Sequence record: OZ374907.1
DNA: 32,000 nt
Reading direction: 5' to 3' (one strand)
The translations under genes were made by a program, and so were the position numbers. Positions 12,408-19,958 of the stretch are shown in pieces. How positions within the stretch are numbered: position 1 is the first letter of the stretch; each line of letters begins with the position of its first letter. The notes under the pieces are model-generated. The model had not been told where the DNA came from and did no database searches. It saw only the letters and a list, made by a program, of their open reading frames with translations.

Positions 12408-13637
12408 TTATTCAATAATGTTAGATACAACACCAGCACCTACAGTACGACCACCTTCACGAATTGCAAAACGCATTTGGTTTTCAATTGCAATGGGTTG
12501 AATAAGTTCAACTGTCATCTTAATGTGGTCACCAGGCATTACCATTTGTGTCTCACTACCATCTTCACCTTTGAAAGAATCAATTTTACCTGTTACATCT
12601 GTTGTACGTACATAGAACTGGGGGCGGTAACCAGGGAAGAAAGGCGTGTGTCGGCCACCTTCTTCTTTTGTAAGAATGTAAACCTGAGATTCAAAACGAG
12701 TGTGAGGTGTAATTGTACCAGGCGCTGCTAATACCATACCACGCTCAATATCTTCTTTTTGTACACCACGAAGGAGAACACCTACGTTATCACCTGCCAT
12801 TGTCTCTTCGAGAGTCTTTTGGAACATCTCAAGACCTGTAACAGTTGTTGTTTGTGTATCACGAAGACCAACAATTTCAATGTTGTCACCAACTTTGAGA
12901 ACACCACGCTCAACACGACCTGTTGCTACAGTACCACGACCTGTAATAGAGAAAACATCCTCTACTGCCATAAGGAACGTTTTATCTGTTTGACGCTCAG
13001 GTGTAGGAACATAATTATCTACTTCATCCATTAAGTTGAAAATACGATCAACCCAGTCGTTATCACCACGACCAATAGACTCATTTTCTGTTAACGCCTC
13101 GAGAGCAAGAAGGGCAGAACCAGAAACAATAGGAATGTCGTCACCAGGGAATTCGTAGTTACTTAATGTCTCACGAATTTCAAGGTCTACAAGTTCAAGG
13201 AGTTCAGGGTCATCTACTTGATCTTCTTTATTTAAGAAAACAACAATATTAGGAACACCTACTTGCTTTGCTAAAAGAATGTGCTCTTTTGTTTGAGGCA
13301 TAGGACCATCTGCACCAGAAACAACGAGAATTGCACCATCCATCTGTGCAGCACCAGTAATCATGTTCTTAACGTAATCTGCGTGACCAGGACAGTCTAC
13401 GTGTGCGTAGTGGCGGTTTTCTGTTTCGTATTCAACGTGTGCTGTATTAATTGTAATACCACGTGCTTTTTCTTCAGGAGCAGAATCGATCTCATCATAC
13501 TTCTTACCAGGACCGTTAGTAAGAGCAGACATTGCCATTGTAATTGCAGCTGTAAGAGTAGTCTTACCGTGGTCAACGTGACCAATCGTACCAATATTTA
13601 CGTGAGGTTTAGTACGTTCAAATTTTTCGCGTGCCAT
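12408..13637 (-). CDS. tufA: elongation factor Tu
   Basis: 409 aa. [18 protein letters not shown] and NKEDQV GTPase motifs, full-length EF-Tu. Confidence 0.98.
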   Translation of the reverse strand: MAREKFERTKPHVNIGTIGHVDHGKTTLTAAITMAMSALTNGPGKKYDEIDSAPEEKARGITINTAHVEYETENRHYAHVDCPGHADYVKNMITGAAQMDGAILVVSGADGPMPQTKEHILLAKQVGVPNIVVFLNKEDQVDDPELLELVDLEIRETLSNYEFPGDDIPIVSGSALLALEALTENESIGRGDNDWVDRIFNLMDEVDNYVPTPERQTDKTFLMAVEDVFSITGRGTVATGRVERGVLKVGDNIEIVGLRDTQTTTVTGLEMFQKTLEETMAGDNVGVLLRGVQKEDIERGMVLAAPGTITPHTRFESQVYILTKEEGGRHTPFFPGYRPQFYVRTTDVTGKIDSFKGEDGSETQMVMPGDHIKMTVELIQPIAIENQMRFAIREGGRTVGAGVVSNIIE

Positions 13638-13822
13638 ATTTTTTATTTATTTTTTAAAAACATTACTAATTTTGGGAAAAGTTTATTTTATCTAAATCTA
13701 ATCAGATTGATAAAAAGCGATCATTAATTATTATAACTCAAAATTAAAGTTTTATCAATATAATTTAAATTAATTTTTATAAATTATTAATTGTTTATTG
13801 CCATACTAATTAAAATTAGAAT

Positions 13823-13896
<74 letters not shown>

Positions 13897-13904
13897 CTAA
13901 CTAA

Positions 13905-13995
13905 AACACCTGGGATGACCGGTAGAGTTCAGGGTGTGCTGCTTCGTTACCGATCTGACACGGTATCCTAAGTCTGCCCCCAAACCCAGGCTTAC
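13905..13995 (-). ncRNA. ffs: candidate plastid signal recognition particle RNA (4.5S-like, domain IV hairpin). Ends are approximate.
   Basis: The minus-strand RNA folds into one long hairpin closed by CCUGGG (13985-13990 on the plus strand) and CCCAGG (13909-13914). The apex reads GUCAG-AUCG-GUAA-CGA-AGCAGC, matching the SRP RNA helix 8 signature GUCAG-GUCC-GGAA-GGA-AGCAGC with a GNRA tetraloop and compensatory stem changes. It is flanked by same-strand tRNAs. Confidence 0.6.
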
Positions 13996-14062
13996 TTCTA
14001 GTATACAATAGAACTTGTTAGAAAGTCAATTCTAAGTATTACTACTTTCTACCAAGTTAGAC

Positions 14063-14134
14063 AGCGGGTGACGCGGATCGAACGCGCGGCCACCGACTTG
14101 GAAGGACGGTGCTCTACCACTGAGCTACACCCGC
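14063..14134 (-). tRNA. trnG: tRNA-Gly(UCC)
   Basis: GCGGGTG acceptor, anticodon loop CTTCCAA (one U-U mismatch in the anticodon stem), T-arm GCGCG-TTCGATC-CGCGT. Confidence 0.85.
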
Positions 14135-14163
14135 AATTCTAAAACAGCTCTAGTACACGTACA

Positions 14164-14250
14164 CGGAGAGAGAGGGATTCGAACCCTCGTTAGCGTCACC
14201 ACTAAACCAACGTTCCAGGTTGGCACCTTCAACCACTCGGTCACCTCTCC
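14164..14250 (-). tRNA. trnS: tRNA-Ser(GGA)
   Basis: Long variable arm. Anticodon arm CCAAC-CTGGAAC-GTTGG, T-arm GAGGG-TTCGAAT-CCCTC. Confidence 0.9.
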
Positions 14251-14255
14251 ATATT

Positions 14256-14337
14256 TGGGCCGAGCTGGATTCGAACCAGCGTAGGCATAGCCAGCGGAGT
14301 TACAATCCGCCTCCTTTAGCCACTCGGACATCGACCC
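14256..14337 (-). tRNA. trnY: tRNA-Tyr(GUA)
   Basis: GGGTCGA acceptor, anticodon arm GCGGA-TTGTAAC-TCCGC, long variable arm. Confidence 0.9.
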
Positions 14338-14400
14338 CAATTTTAATAAAAATTGATTTAGAACCTAGTACTTTTTAATAGCTTATCTAGTTCCATAAAT

Positions 14401-14430
14401 ATTATACCATAAGATACATATAATATGCAA
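14401..14430 (-). promoter_or_regulatory. PEP-type promoter candidate TTGCAT-18-TATAAT upstream of the trnY-trnS-trnG-ffs-trnI cluster
   Basis: Minus strand reads TTGCATattatatgtatcttatggTATAAT. The -10 box ends about 63 nt upstream of the trnY 5' end. Confidence 0.4.
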
Positions 14431-14517
14431 GAAAGAAGTTTTGTTTTAAACACTTTCACGATAAAATTAACGAGGGGTAGACGAAATAGGAGTAAATAGG
14501 TTATATTAATAAGTGAT

Positions 14518-14590
14518 GCCAACTTAGCTCAGGGGTCAGAGCTTCGGTCTTGTAAACCGAAGGTCATCGGTTCGAATCCGATAGTTGGCT
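14518..14590 (+). tRNA. trnT: tRNA-Thr(UGU)
   Basis: GCCAACT acceptor, anticodon arm TCGGT-CTTGTAA-ACCGA, T-arm ATCGG-TTCGAAT-CCGAT. Confidence 0.9.
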
Positions 14591-14596
14591 TGTTAT

Positions 14597-14619
14597 TTCC
14601 CGGAAATACATTCCGGGAA
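14597..14619 (+). other. perfect 9-bp hairpin TTCCCGGAA/TTCCGGGAA filling the trnT-trnR spacer
   Basis: Starts 7 nt after the trnT 3' end and ends 2 nt before the trnR 5' end. Confidence 0.6.
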
Positions 14620-14621
14620 GC

Positions 14622-14696
14622 GGGTCTATCGCCTAACTGGATAGGGCACGGGCCTTCTAAGCCCGCTTTGTCTGGGTTCGAGTCCCAGTAGACTCA
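14622..14696 (+). tRNA. trnR: tRNA-Arg(UCU)
   Basis: Anticodon arm CGGGC-CTTCTAA-GCCCG, T-arm CTGGG-TTCGAGT-CCCAG. Confidence 0.88.
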
Positions 14697-14726
14697 TGAA
14701 TATTATTTACTAAATATGTTTTCTAT

Positions 14727-15015
<289 letters not shown>

Positions 15016-15132
15016 TATAGAAACTAGGGGACTGATTTTAGTATACCGTAAATTTAAAAACTATTCCAACTATTTAGTGATATGCTATCATAAGTATTGA
15101 GTAGCCTATTCTCTGTTTTGCAATGTTCATTT

Positions 15133-15249
15133 ATGTTTGCTCTTAAAGTTTTAGTTTATACTGTAGTAATTTTCTTTGTTTCTCTTTTCGTTTTTGGTTT
15201 CTTATCTAATGACCCCGGTCGTAGCCCTGGTGAAAAGGATTTAAACTAG
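15133..15249 (+). CDS. psbI: photosystem II reaction centre protein I (38 aa, not in the ORF track)
   Basis: Manual translation [38 protein letters not shown], matching the PsbI consensus ([30 protein letters not shown]). Confidence 0.9.
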   Translation: MFALKVLVYTVVIFFVSLFVFGFLSNDPGRSPGEKDLN

Positions 15250-15269
15250 ATCTAAGTTAGTGCAAAATT

Positions 15270-15289
15270 CCCCACTTTAATCGGTGGGG
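15270..15289 (+). terminator. psbI 3' stem-loop CCCCAC/GTGGGG
   Basis: 6-bp G/C stem 21 nt after the psbI stop. Shares the 10-mer CCCCACTTTA with the rbcL 3' hairpin. Confidence 0.5.
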
Positions 15290-15365
15290 TGTTTATTAAA
15301 ATGTTTTATAAAATTTAAAATAGTTTGAAAGAGATGCTTTTGGTTATATAAGTAAAAAAAAGAAC

Positions 15366-15385
15366 CCCCACTTTAAAAAGTGGGG
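15366..15385 (-). terminator. rbcL 3' stem-loop (CCCCACTT/AAGTGGGG)
   Basis: 8-bp stem with 4-nt loop, 28 nt downstream of the rbcL stop on the minus strand. Confidence 0.55.
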
Positions 15386-15412
15386 AATTTCTATTTTTAT
15401 GGAATAGCTTAA

Positions 15413-16840
15413 TTAGAGCTTATCAATAGTTTCGAATTCGAACTTAATCTCCTTCCAAACTTCACAAGCTGCTGCGAGCTCAGGACTCCACTTACCAGCT
15501 GCACGAATTACGTCACCACCCTCACGAGCGAGGTCACGACCTTCGTTACGAGCTTGTACACAAGCCTCAAGAGCTACACGGTTAGCAGCCGCACCAGGAG
15601 CGTTACCCCAAGGGTGACCAAGAGTACCACCACCAAACTGGAGTACAGAGTCATCACCGAAGATCTCTACGAGTGCGGGCATGTGCCATACGTGAATACC
15701 ACCGGATGCTACGGGAAGAGTACCACCCATTGCACACCACTGCTGAGTAAAGTAAATACCACGGTTACGGTCCTTCTCAACGTGATCGTCACGCATGAGG
15801 TCTACGAAACCAAGTGTTACTTCACGCTCACCCTCAAGCTTACCTACTACAGTACCGGAGTGAAGGTGGTCACCACCAGACATACGGAGAGCCTTAGCGA
15901 GAACACGGAAGTGAATACCGTGGTTACGCTGACGGTCAATTACCGCGTGCATTGCACGGTGAATGTGGAGGAGAAGACCGTTGTCACGACAGTAGTCGGA
16001 GAGAGTTGTGTTAGCTGTAAAACCACCTGTAAGGTAGTCGTGCATAATAATGGGCATACCGAGCTCCTTAGCAAACTCAGCACGCTTCATCATCTGCTCT
16101 ACAGTACCAGCTGTTGCGTTAAGGTAGTGACCCTTAATCTCACCAGTTTCTGCTTGAGCCTTGTAAATAGCCTCAGCACAGAAGAGGAAACGATCACGCC
16201 AACGCATGAAGGGCTGGGAGTTTACGTTCTCATCATCCTTAGTGAAGTCAAGACCACCACGAAGACACTCGTATACTGCACGACCGTAGTTCTTAGCAGA
16301 GAGACCGAGCTTAGGCTTAATAGTACAACCGAGGAGGGGACGACCGTACTTGTTAAGCTTATCACGCTCAACCTGAATACCGTGGGGAGGACCGTTGAAA
16401 GTCTTTACATATGCGGGAGGAATACGGAGATCCTCAAGACGAAGAGCACGGAGTGCCTTGAAACCGAATACGTTACCTACGATAGAAGTAAGGAGGTTAG
16501 TTACAGAACCTTCCTCAAAAAGGTCGAGGGGGTATGCTACATAAGCGATGTACTGGTTATCTTCACCAGGTACGGGCTCGAGGTCATAACAACGACCCTT
16601 GTAGTTATCAAGACAAGTAAGACCGTCTGTCCATACAGTAGTCCAAGTACCTGTGGAGGACTCAGCCGCTACAGCTGCACCACACTCTTCGGGGGGTACA
16701 CCAGGTTGGGGAGTCATACGGAAAGCTGCGAGAATATCAGTTTCTTTTACTTGGTACTCAGGAGTGTAGTATGTAAGACGGTAGTCCTTTACACCGGCCT
16801 TAAATCCTGCAGATGTGCGAGTCTCAGTTTGAGGTGCCAT
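15413..16840 (-). CDS. rbcL: RuBisCO large subunit (form I)
   Basis: 475 aa: [29 protein letters not shown] ... [22 protein letters not shown]. Confidence 0.99.
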   Translation of the reverse strand: MAPQTETRTSAGFKAGVKDYRLTYYTPEYQVKETDILAAFRMTPQPGVPPEECGAAVAAESSTGTWTTVWTDGLTCLDNYKGRCYDLEPVPGEDNQYIAYVAYPLDLFEEGSVTNLLTSIVGNVFGFKALRALRLEDLRIPPAYVKTFNGPPHGIQVERDKLNKYGRPLLGCTIKPKLGLSAKNYGRAVYECLRGGLDFTKDDENVNSQPFMRWRDRFLFCAEAIYKAQAETGEIKGHYLNATAGTVEQMMKRAEFAKELGMPIIMHDYLTGGFTANTTLSDYCRDNGLLLHIHRAMHAVIDRQRNHGIHFRVLAKALRMSGGDHLHSGTVVGKLEGEREVTLGFVDLMRDDHVEKDRNRGIYFTQQWCAMGGTLPVASGGIHVWHMPALVEIFGDDSVLQFGGGTLGHPWGNAPGAAANRVALEACVQARNEGRDLAREGGDVIRAAGKWSPELAAACEVWKEIKFEFETIDKL

Positions 16841-17072
16841 TCAAATCTTTATGCTATTGCCGCAAAGCGTTGCAAGTTCGCTAATTTGGAGGTATTACAT
16901 CATAGAACGTGTAATAACTACCGCTATGTTATAGCATACCAAATCCTATAAACCCCAAAAAAGAATAAACTGTCATTTAAAAATTTTAAAATAGGGCGAT
17001 ATTTATTATACTTTATTATAAAAAAATAACTTTATTAGAGCAAAAAGTAATTTGTTTGGTTTAAAATAAAAA

Positions 17073-17144
17073 AGCGGGTAACGTGGATCGAACACGCGAC
17101 ATCCACCTTGGCAAGGTGGCGCTCTACCACTGAGCTATACCCGC
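17073..17144 (-). tRNA. trnG: tRNA-Gly(GCC)
   Basis: GCGGGTA acceptor, anticodon arm CCACC-TTGCCAA-GGTGG. Confidence 0.9.
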
Positions 17145-17159
17145 ATTAATCATTTGGTG

Positions 17160-17232
17160 GGCGAACGACGGGAATTGAACCCGCGAATGATGGAACCACA
17201 ACCCATTGCCTTACCACTTGGCTACGCCCGCC
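17160..17232 (-). tRNA. trnH: tRNA-His(GUG) with encoded G-1 opposite C73
   Basis: G-GCGGGCG acceptor paired to CGTTCGC-C, anticodon loop TTGTGGT, T-arm GCGGG-TTCAATT-CCCGT. Confidence 0.88.
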
Positions 17233-17262
17233 ATCCTTCTTAGTTTACTTTGTTTCCAAAGC

Positions 17263-17335
17263 TGCCAAGAGCCAGACTTGAACTGGCGACACAGGGATTT
17301 TCAATCCCTTGCTCTACCAACTGAGCTATCCCGGC
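17263..17335 (-). tRNA. trnF: tRNA-Phe(GAA)
   Basis: GCCGGGA acceptor, anticodon arm AGGGA-TTGAAAA-TCCCT. Confidence 0.9.
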
Positions 17336-17351
17336 ATTTCCCTTAACAGAG

Positions 17352-17424
17352 TAGGCCCAACCGGACTCGAACCGATGACATCTTCCTTGTAAGGGAAGCG
17401 CTCTACCAACTGAGCTATGGGCCT
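17352..17424 (-). tRNA. trnV: tRNA-Val(UAC), intronless
   Basis: AGGCCCA acceptor, anticodon arm CTTCC-CTTACAA-GGAAG, T-arm ATCGG-TTCGAGT-CCGGT. Confidence 0.9.
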
Positions 17425-17437
17425 TTTGAAAAGGACT

Positions 17438-17510
17438 TGGAGGTAAGCGGACTCGAACCGCTGACATCCGCCTTGCAAAAGCGGCGCTCTACCAGCTGAG
17501 CTATACCCCC
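17438..17510 (-). tRNA. trnA: tRNA-Ala(UGC), intronless, outside any rRNA operon
   Basis: GGGGGTA acceptor with G3:U70, anticodon arm CCGCT-TTTGCAA-GGCGG. Confidence 0.9.
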
Positions 17511-17528
17511 CAAAAAAAAATAACCTCT

Positions 17529-17870
17529 CTATTTAGATAGAGAGGACGTTAAGTAAGATGTATAATCTAAAACCGCAAGTTGTGCTAACGAACGACGATT
17601 AAGTGTTACTAAACAACGATTAATAATATGAATGAATTTATTATAGTTCTTTCCACCAATACGAGCAATGGATCCAATACGTGTAATCCAGAGGCGTCGA
17701 AGATCACGTCGACGTCCTCGACGATCACGATATTCATAACGCAACGCCTTCATACGTTGTTGCATTGCTGTTCGAAAAAGACGGGAGTGAGAACCATAAT
17801 AACCACTTGCTTGACTTAGCACCTTATTACGGCGAGATCGAGCAACTGATCCACGTTTTACTCGAGTCAT
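17529..17870 (-). CDS. rpl20: ribosomal protein L20
   Basis: MTRVKRGSVARSRRNKVL ... YRDRRGRRRDLRRLWITRI, 113 aa. Confidence 0.95.
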   Translation of the reverse strand: MTRVKRGSVARSRRNKVLSQASGYYGSHSRLFRTAMQQRMKALRYEYRDRRGRRRDLRRLWITRIGSIARIGGKNYNKFIHIINRCLVTLNRRSLAQLAVLDYTSYLTSSLSK

Positions 17871-17947
17871 TTCCTTCTTCTACTTGAAAGCTAGTTAATA
17901 TTACTTAGTTTTTGAAAGTAATAAACGAAGGGTTATAAATCCCTTCA

Positions 17948-18020
17948 TACCCCCAAGGGGATTCGAACCCCTGTCGCCTCCGTGAAAGGGAGATGTCCTT
18001 GGCCTCTAGACGATGGGGGC
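17948..18020 (-). tRNA. trnE: tRNA-Glu(UUC)
   Basis: GCCCCCATCGTCTAGAGG 5' half typical of plastid trnE. Anticodon arm TCTCC-CTTTCAC-GGAGG. Confidence 0.9.
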
Positions 18021-18055
18021 TTATATTTATATTAAATGAAACTACAAGAAGTGTC

Positions 18056-18110
18056 AAGCCTAAATAAGCTATAATTTATAGAAAAACCTGGTTATAGCTT
18101 ATTTAGGCTT
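18056..18110. repeat. perfect 19-bp inverted repeat (AAGCCTAAATAAGCTATAA / TTATAGCTTATTTAGGCTT) with a 17-nt loop
   Basis: Arms at 18056-18074 and 18092-18110. Lies between the rps18 3' end and the trnE 5' end. Confidence 0.8.
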
Positions 18111-18131
18111 AATTAGTAAGATTTACGATTA

Positions 18132-18323
18132 CTATAATTTCTGAACAAAAGGTAATAAAGCAAGAATACGGGCACGTTTAATAGAACGAGCTAATTTTGC
18201 TTGTTGAAGTACAGGTACTTGAATAACACGACGTGGTAAAATTCGTCCATCCGAACCAATACAACGACGTAAGAGACGAACACTCTTATAATCCACAGAT
18301 TGGGCTGATAATTTTTTTTCCAT
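18132..18323 (-). CDS. rps18: ribosomal protein S18 (short, 63 aa)
   Basis: VDYKSVRLLRRCIGSDGRILPRRV ... QQAKLARSIKRARILALLPF matches the S18 core. Confidence 0.9.
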   Translation of the reverse strand: MEKKLSAQSVDYKSVRLLRRCIGSDGRILPRRVIQVPVLQQAKLARSIKRARILALLPFVQKL

Positions 18324-18381
18324 TATGAAACTGAATTGTGATTACACAAATATCCAAGGTTTAAAAGAAAGGTCTTGGACC

Positions 18382-18455
18382 GTGCGGAGGTAGGATTTGA
18401 ACCTACGACCTCAAGGTTATGAGCCTTGCGAGCTTCCAGGCTGCTCTACTCCGCT
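18382..18455 (-). tRNA. trnfM: initiator tRNA-fMet(CAU)
   Basis: GCGGAGTAGAGCAGCCTGG ... CGCAAGGCTCATAACCTTGAGG is almost identical to plastid trnfM. The 1:72 position is mismatched (A-A). Confidence 0.88.
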
Positions 18456-18468
18456 AATTGTTGTTATA

Positions 18469-18500
18469 TTAAGCAACATTCATTTAAGAATGTTGCTTAA
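18469..18500. repeat. perfect 13-bp inverted repeat TTAAGCAACATTC / GAATGTTGCTTAA with a 6-nt loop
   Basis: Lies between the rps14 3' end (18516) and the trnfM 5' end (18455). Confidence 0.8.
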
Positions 18501-18515
18501 AAATATTAATTATTA

Positions 18516-18818
18516 TTACCAACTTGCCTTACGTACACCAGGTAATAAGCCTTGGTGCGCCATTTCGCGAAGTACATGACGAGATAGTCCAAAGTAACGA
18601 TATACGGCTTTAGGTCTGCCAGATACGTTACAACGTCGGTGTAAACGAACAGCTGAACTATTACGAGGTAATTTTTGTAACTGTTGTTGAAGAACAAATT
18701 TTTCTTCAAAAGACTCTGTTGTTTTTAACGCTTGCTGTAAATTTGCACGTTTTTCGTGAAATTTTGCAACCAATTTTTGGCGCTTACGCTCACGTTCTAC
18801 CATTGATTTTTTTGCCAT
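18516..18818 (-). CDS. rps14: ribosomal protein S14
   Basis: [17 protein letters not shown] ... [43 protein letters not shown]. Confidence 0.96.
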   Translation of the reverse strand: MAKKSMVERERKRQKLVAKFHEKRANLQQALKTTESFEEKFVLQQQLQKLPRNSSAVRLHRRCNVSGRPKAVYRYFGLSRHVLREMAHQGLLPGVRKASW

Positions 18819-18850
18819 AGAATTGCAAAGTTTGATTTAATAGAAAGTTT

Positions 18851-19525
18851 TTAACGGGCTTTAGTTGCAAGACAATATGTGAGTTCTGTTAAAATATAAT
18901 CTAAAGAAGCTGCACTATCATCATTTGCTGGAATTACATAATCAACACTAGTAGGATCACCATCAGAATCCAGGATTCCAATAGTAGGAACATTAGAACG
19001 ACGACACTCTGCAAGTGCATGACTGTCACTTGCTTGTCCAGTCACAACCATTGCATTAGGAAGTTGCTCCATTCCGCATAAACCTCCTAAATATTTTTTG
19101 AGTCGTGCGTGTTGACGACGTAATGCCGCTTCTTCACGTTTAGGAAGTGTTGCAAATGTTCCATCCTCAGCACATTGATCAAGATATGTAAGTCGATGAA
19201 CACAAAGTCGCATTGTCGACCAGTTGGTAAACATACCACCTAACCAACGTTGATTTACATAAAAGGAATTACTACGTGCTGCAGCTGCCATAATAGGTCC
19301 AGCAGCATGTCGACTTGTTCCTAAAAATAGAACTGTTCCGCCTTTTTTGGATACGTTCTTAATAAAAGATCTGGCTTGATCTAAACATTGAACTGTTTGA
19401 ACAAGGTCTAAAATGTGAATACCATTACGGCGTGCATAAATATATTTTGCCATACGAGGATTCCATCGATATGTACGATGTCCTAAAAAAGCCCCTGCCT
19501 TCATCAATGCTTGTAATTCTGTCAT
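18851..19525 (-). CDS. rps2: ribosomal protein S2
   Basis: 224 aa: AGAFLGHRTYRWNPRMAKYIYARRNGIHILDL ... QRWLGGMFTNW. Confidence 0.95.
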   Translation of the reverse strand: MTELQALMKAGAFLGHRTYRWNPRMAKYIYARRNGIHILDLVQTVQCLDQARSFIKNVSKKGGTVLFLGTSRHAAGPIMAAAARSNSFYVNQRWLGGMFTNWSTMRLCVHRLTYLDQCAEDGTFATLPKREEAALRRQHARLKKYLGGLCGMEQLPNAMVVTGQASDSHALAECRRSNVPTIGILDSDGDPTSVDYVIPANDDSAASLDYILTELTYCLATKAR

Positions 19526-19611
19526 AGAAATACTTTTATTTTTAAATAATAATGAATTTGATTAAAGCAATAATTATAAGTTTACTTTAAATAATAATCC
19601 CACGATTTCTA

Positions 19612-19696
19612 TGCCGGCGGCCGGGCTTGAACCGGCATGAAGCTTTCGCTTCGCGGCATTTTAAGTGCCGAGTGTCTACCATTCCACCACGCCGGC
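19612..19696 (-). tRNA. trnL: tRNA-Leu(UAA), no group I intron
   Basis: GCCGGCG acceptor, anticodon arm CGGCA-CTTAAAA-TGCCG uninterrupted, long variable arm. Confidence 0.9.
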
Positions 19697-19704
19697 TTCG
19701 TGGA

Positions 19705-19788
19705 TGCGGCTGGCCGGGCTCGAACCGGCACGGGCTATTGCCCACCAGCCCCTCAAGCTGGCACGTCTACCAATTCCATCACAGCCGC
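19705..19788 (-). tRNA. trnL: tRNA-Leu(GAG)
   Basis: GCGGCTG acceptor, anticodon arm CCAGC-TTGAGGG-GCTGG, long variable arm, T-arm GCCGG-TTCGAGC-CCGGC. Confidence 0.88.
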
Positions 19789-19866
19789 TTTGCTTGCGCT
19801 CTTGCGCTTTTAGTTGTTCTATAGTATTATATAGATAATTAAGAAAAAGTAAAGCTTTTTCATAAT

Positions 19867-19938
19867 GCCTGCTTAGCTCAGTGGTAGAGCATCCGTCTCA
19901 TACGCGGCTTGTCACTAGTTCGAATCTAGTAGCAGGCA
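19867..19938 (+). tRNA. trnM: elongator tRNA-Met(CAU)
   Basis: GCCTGCTTAGCTCAGTGGTAGAGC ... anticodon loop CTCATAC with flanking CG/GCGG, like plastid elongator trnM. A lysidine-modified trnI(CAU) cannot be excluded from sequence alone. Confidence 0.75.
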
Positions 19939-19958
19939 ATTTAGTCTCTATTAACCCA

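Noticed and set aside
13900-14000. Possible 5S rRNA gene, since none follows the 23S gene.
   Set aside because: The structured core is only about 82 nt, a single hairpin rather than a three-helix junction. It lacks the 5S loop motifs in the right positions: CCCGAAC-like text appears only near the 3' side. The apex instead matches the SRP RNA domain IV signature, so it is reported as candidate ffs.
14125-14340. 71-aa ORF on the minus strand.
   Set aside because: It spans trnG(UCC), trnS(GGA) and trnY(GUA). Its GC-rich tRNA sequence happens to lack stops.
15554-16951. 465-aa ORF antisense to rbcL.
   Set aside because: It fully overlaps a bona fide rbcL, and its translation is low-complexity (T/V/S/K-rich). 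The frame stays open because rbcL avoids TTA, CTA and TCA codons, whose complements are stop codons.
17155-17159. Genomically encoded 3' CCA on trnH.
   Set aside because: On refolding, the discriminator is C73 (17160), pairing with the encoded G-1. The following bases read CACCA, not CCA directly after position 73, so there is no encoded CCA.
17240-17467. 75-aa ORF on the minus strand.
   Set aside because: It runs through trnF, trnV and trnA. Same artefact.
19793-19808. Tandem duplication CTTGCGCT CTTGCGCT upstream of trnL(GAG).
   Set aside because: Only two copies of an 8-mer, which is too short to distinguish from chance or slippage, and no functional inference is possible.
19627-19824. 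65-aa ORF on the plus strand.
   Set aside because: It lies antisense across the two trnL genes. Same artefact.
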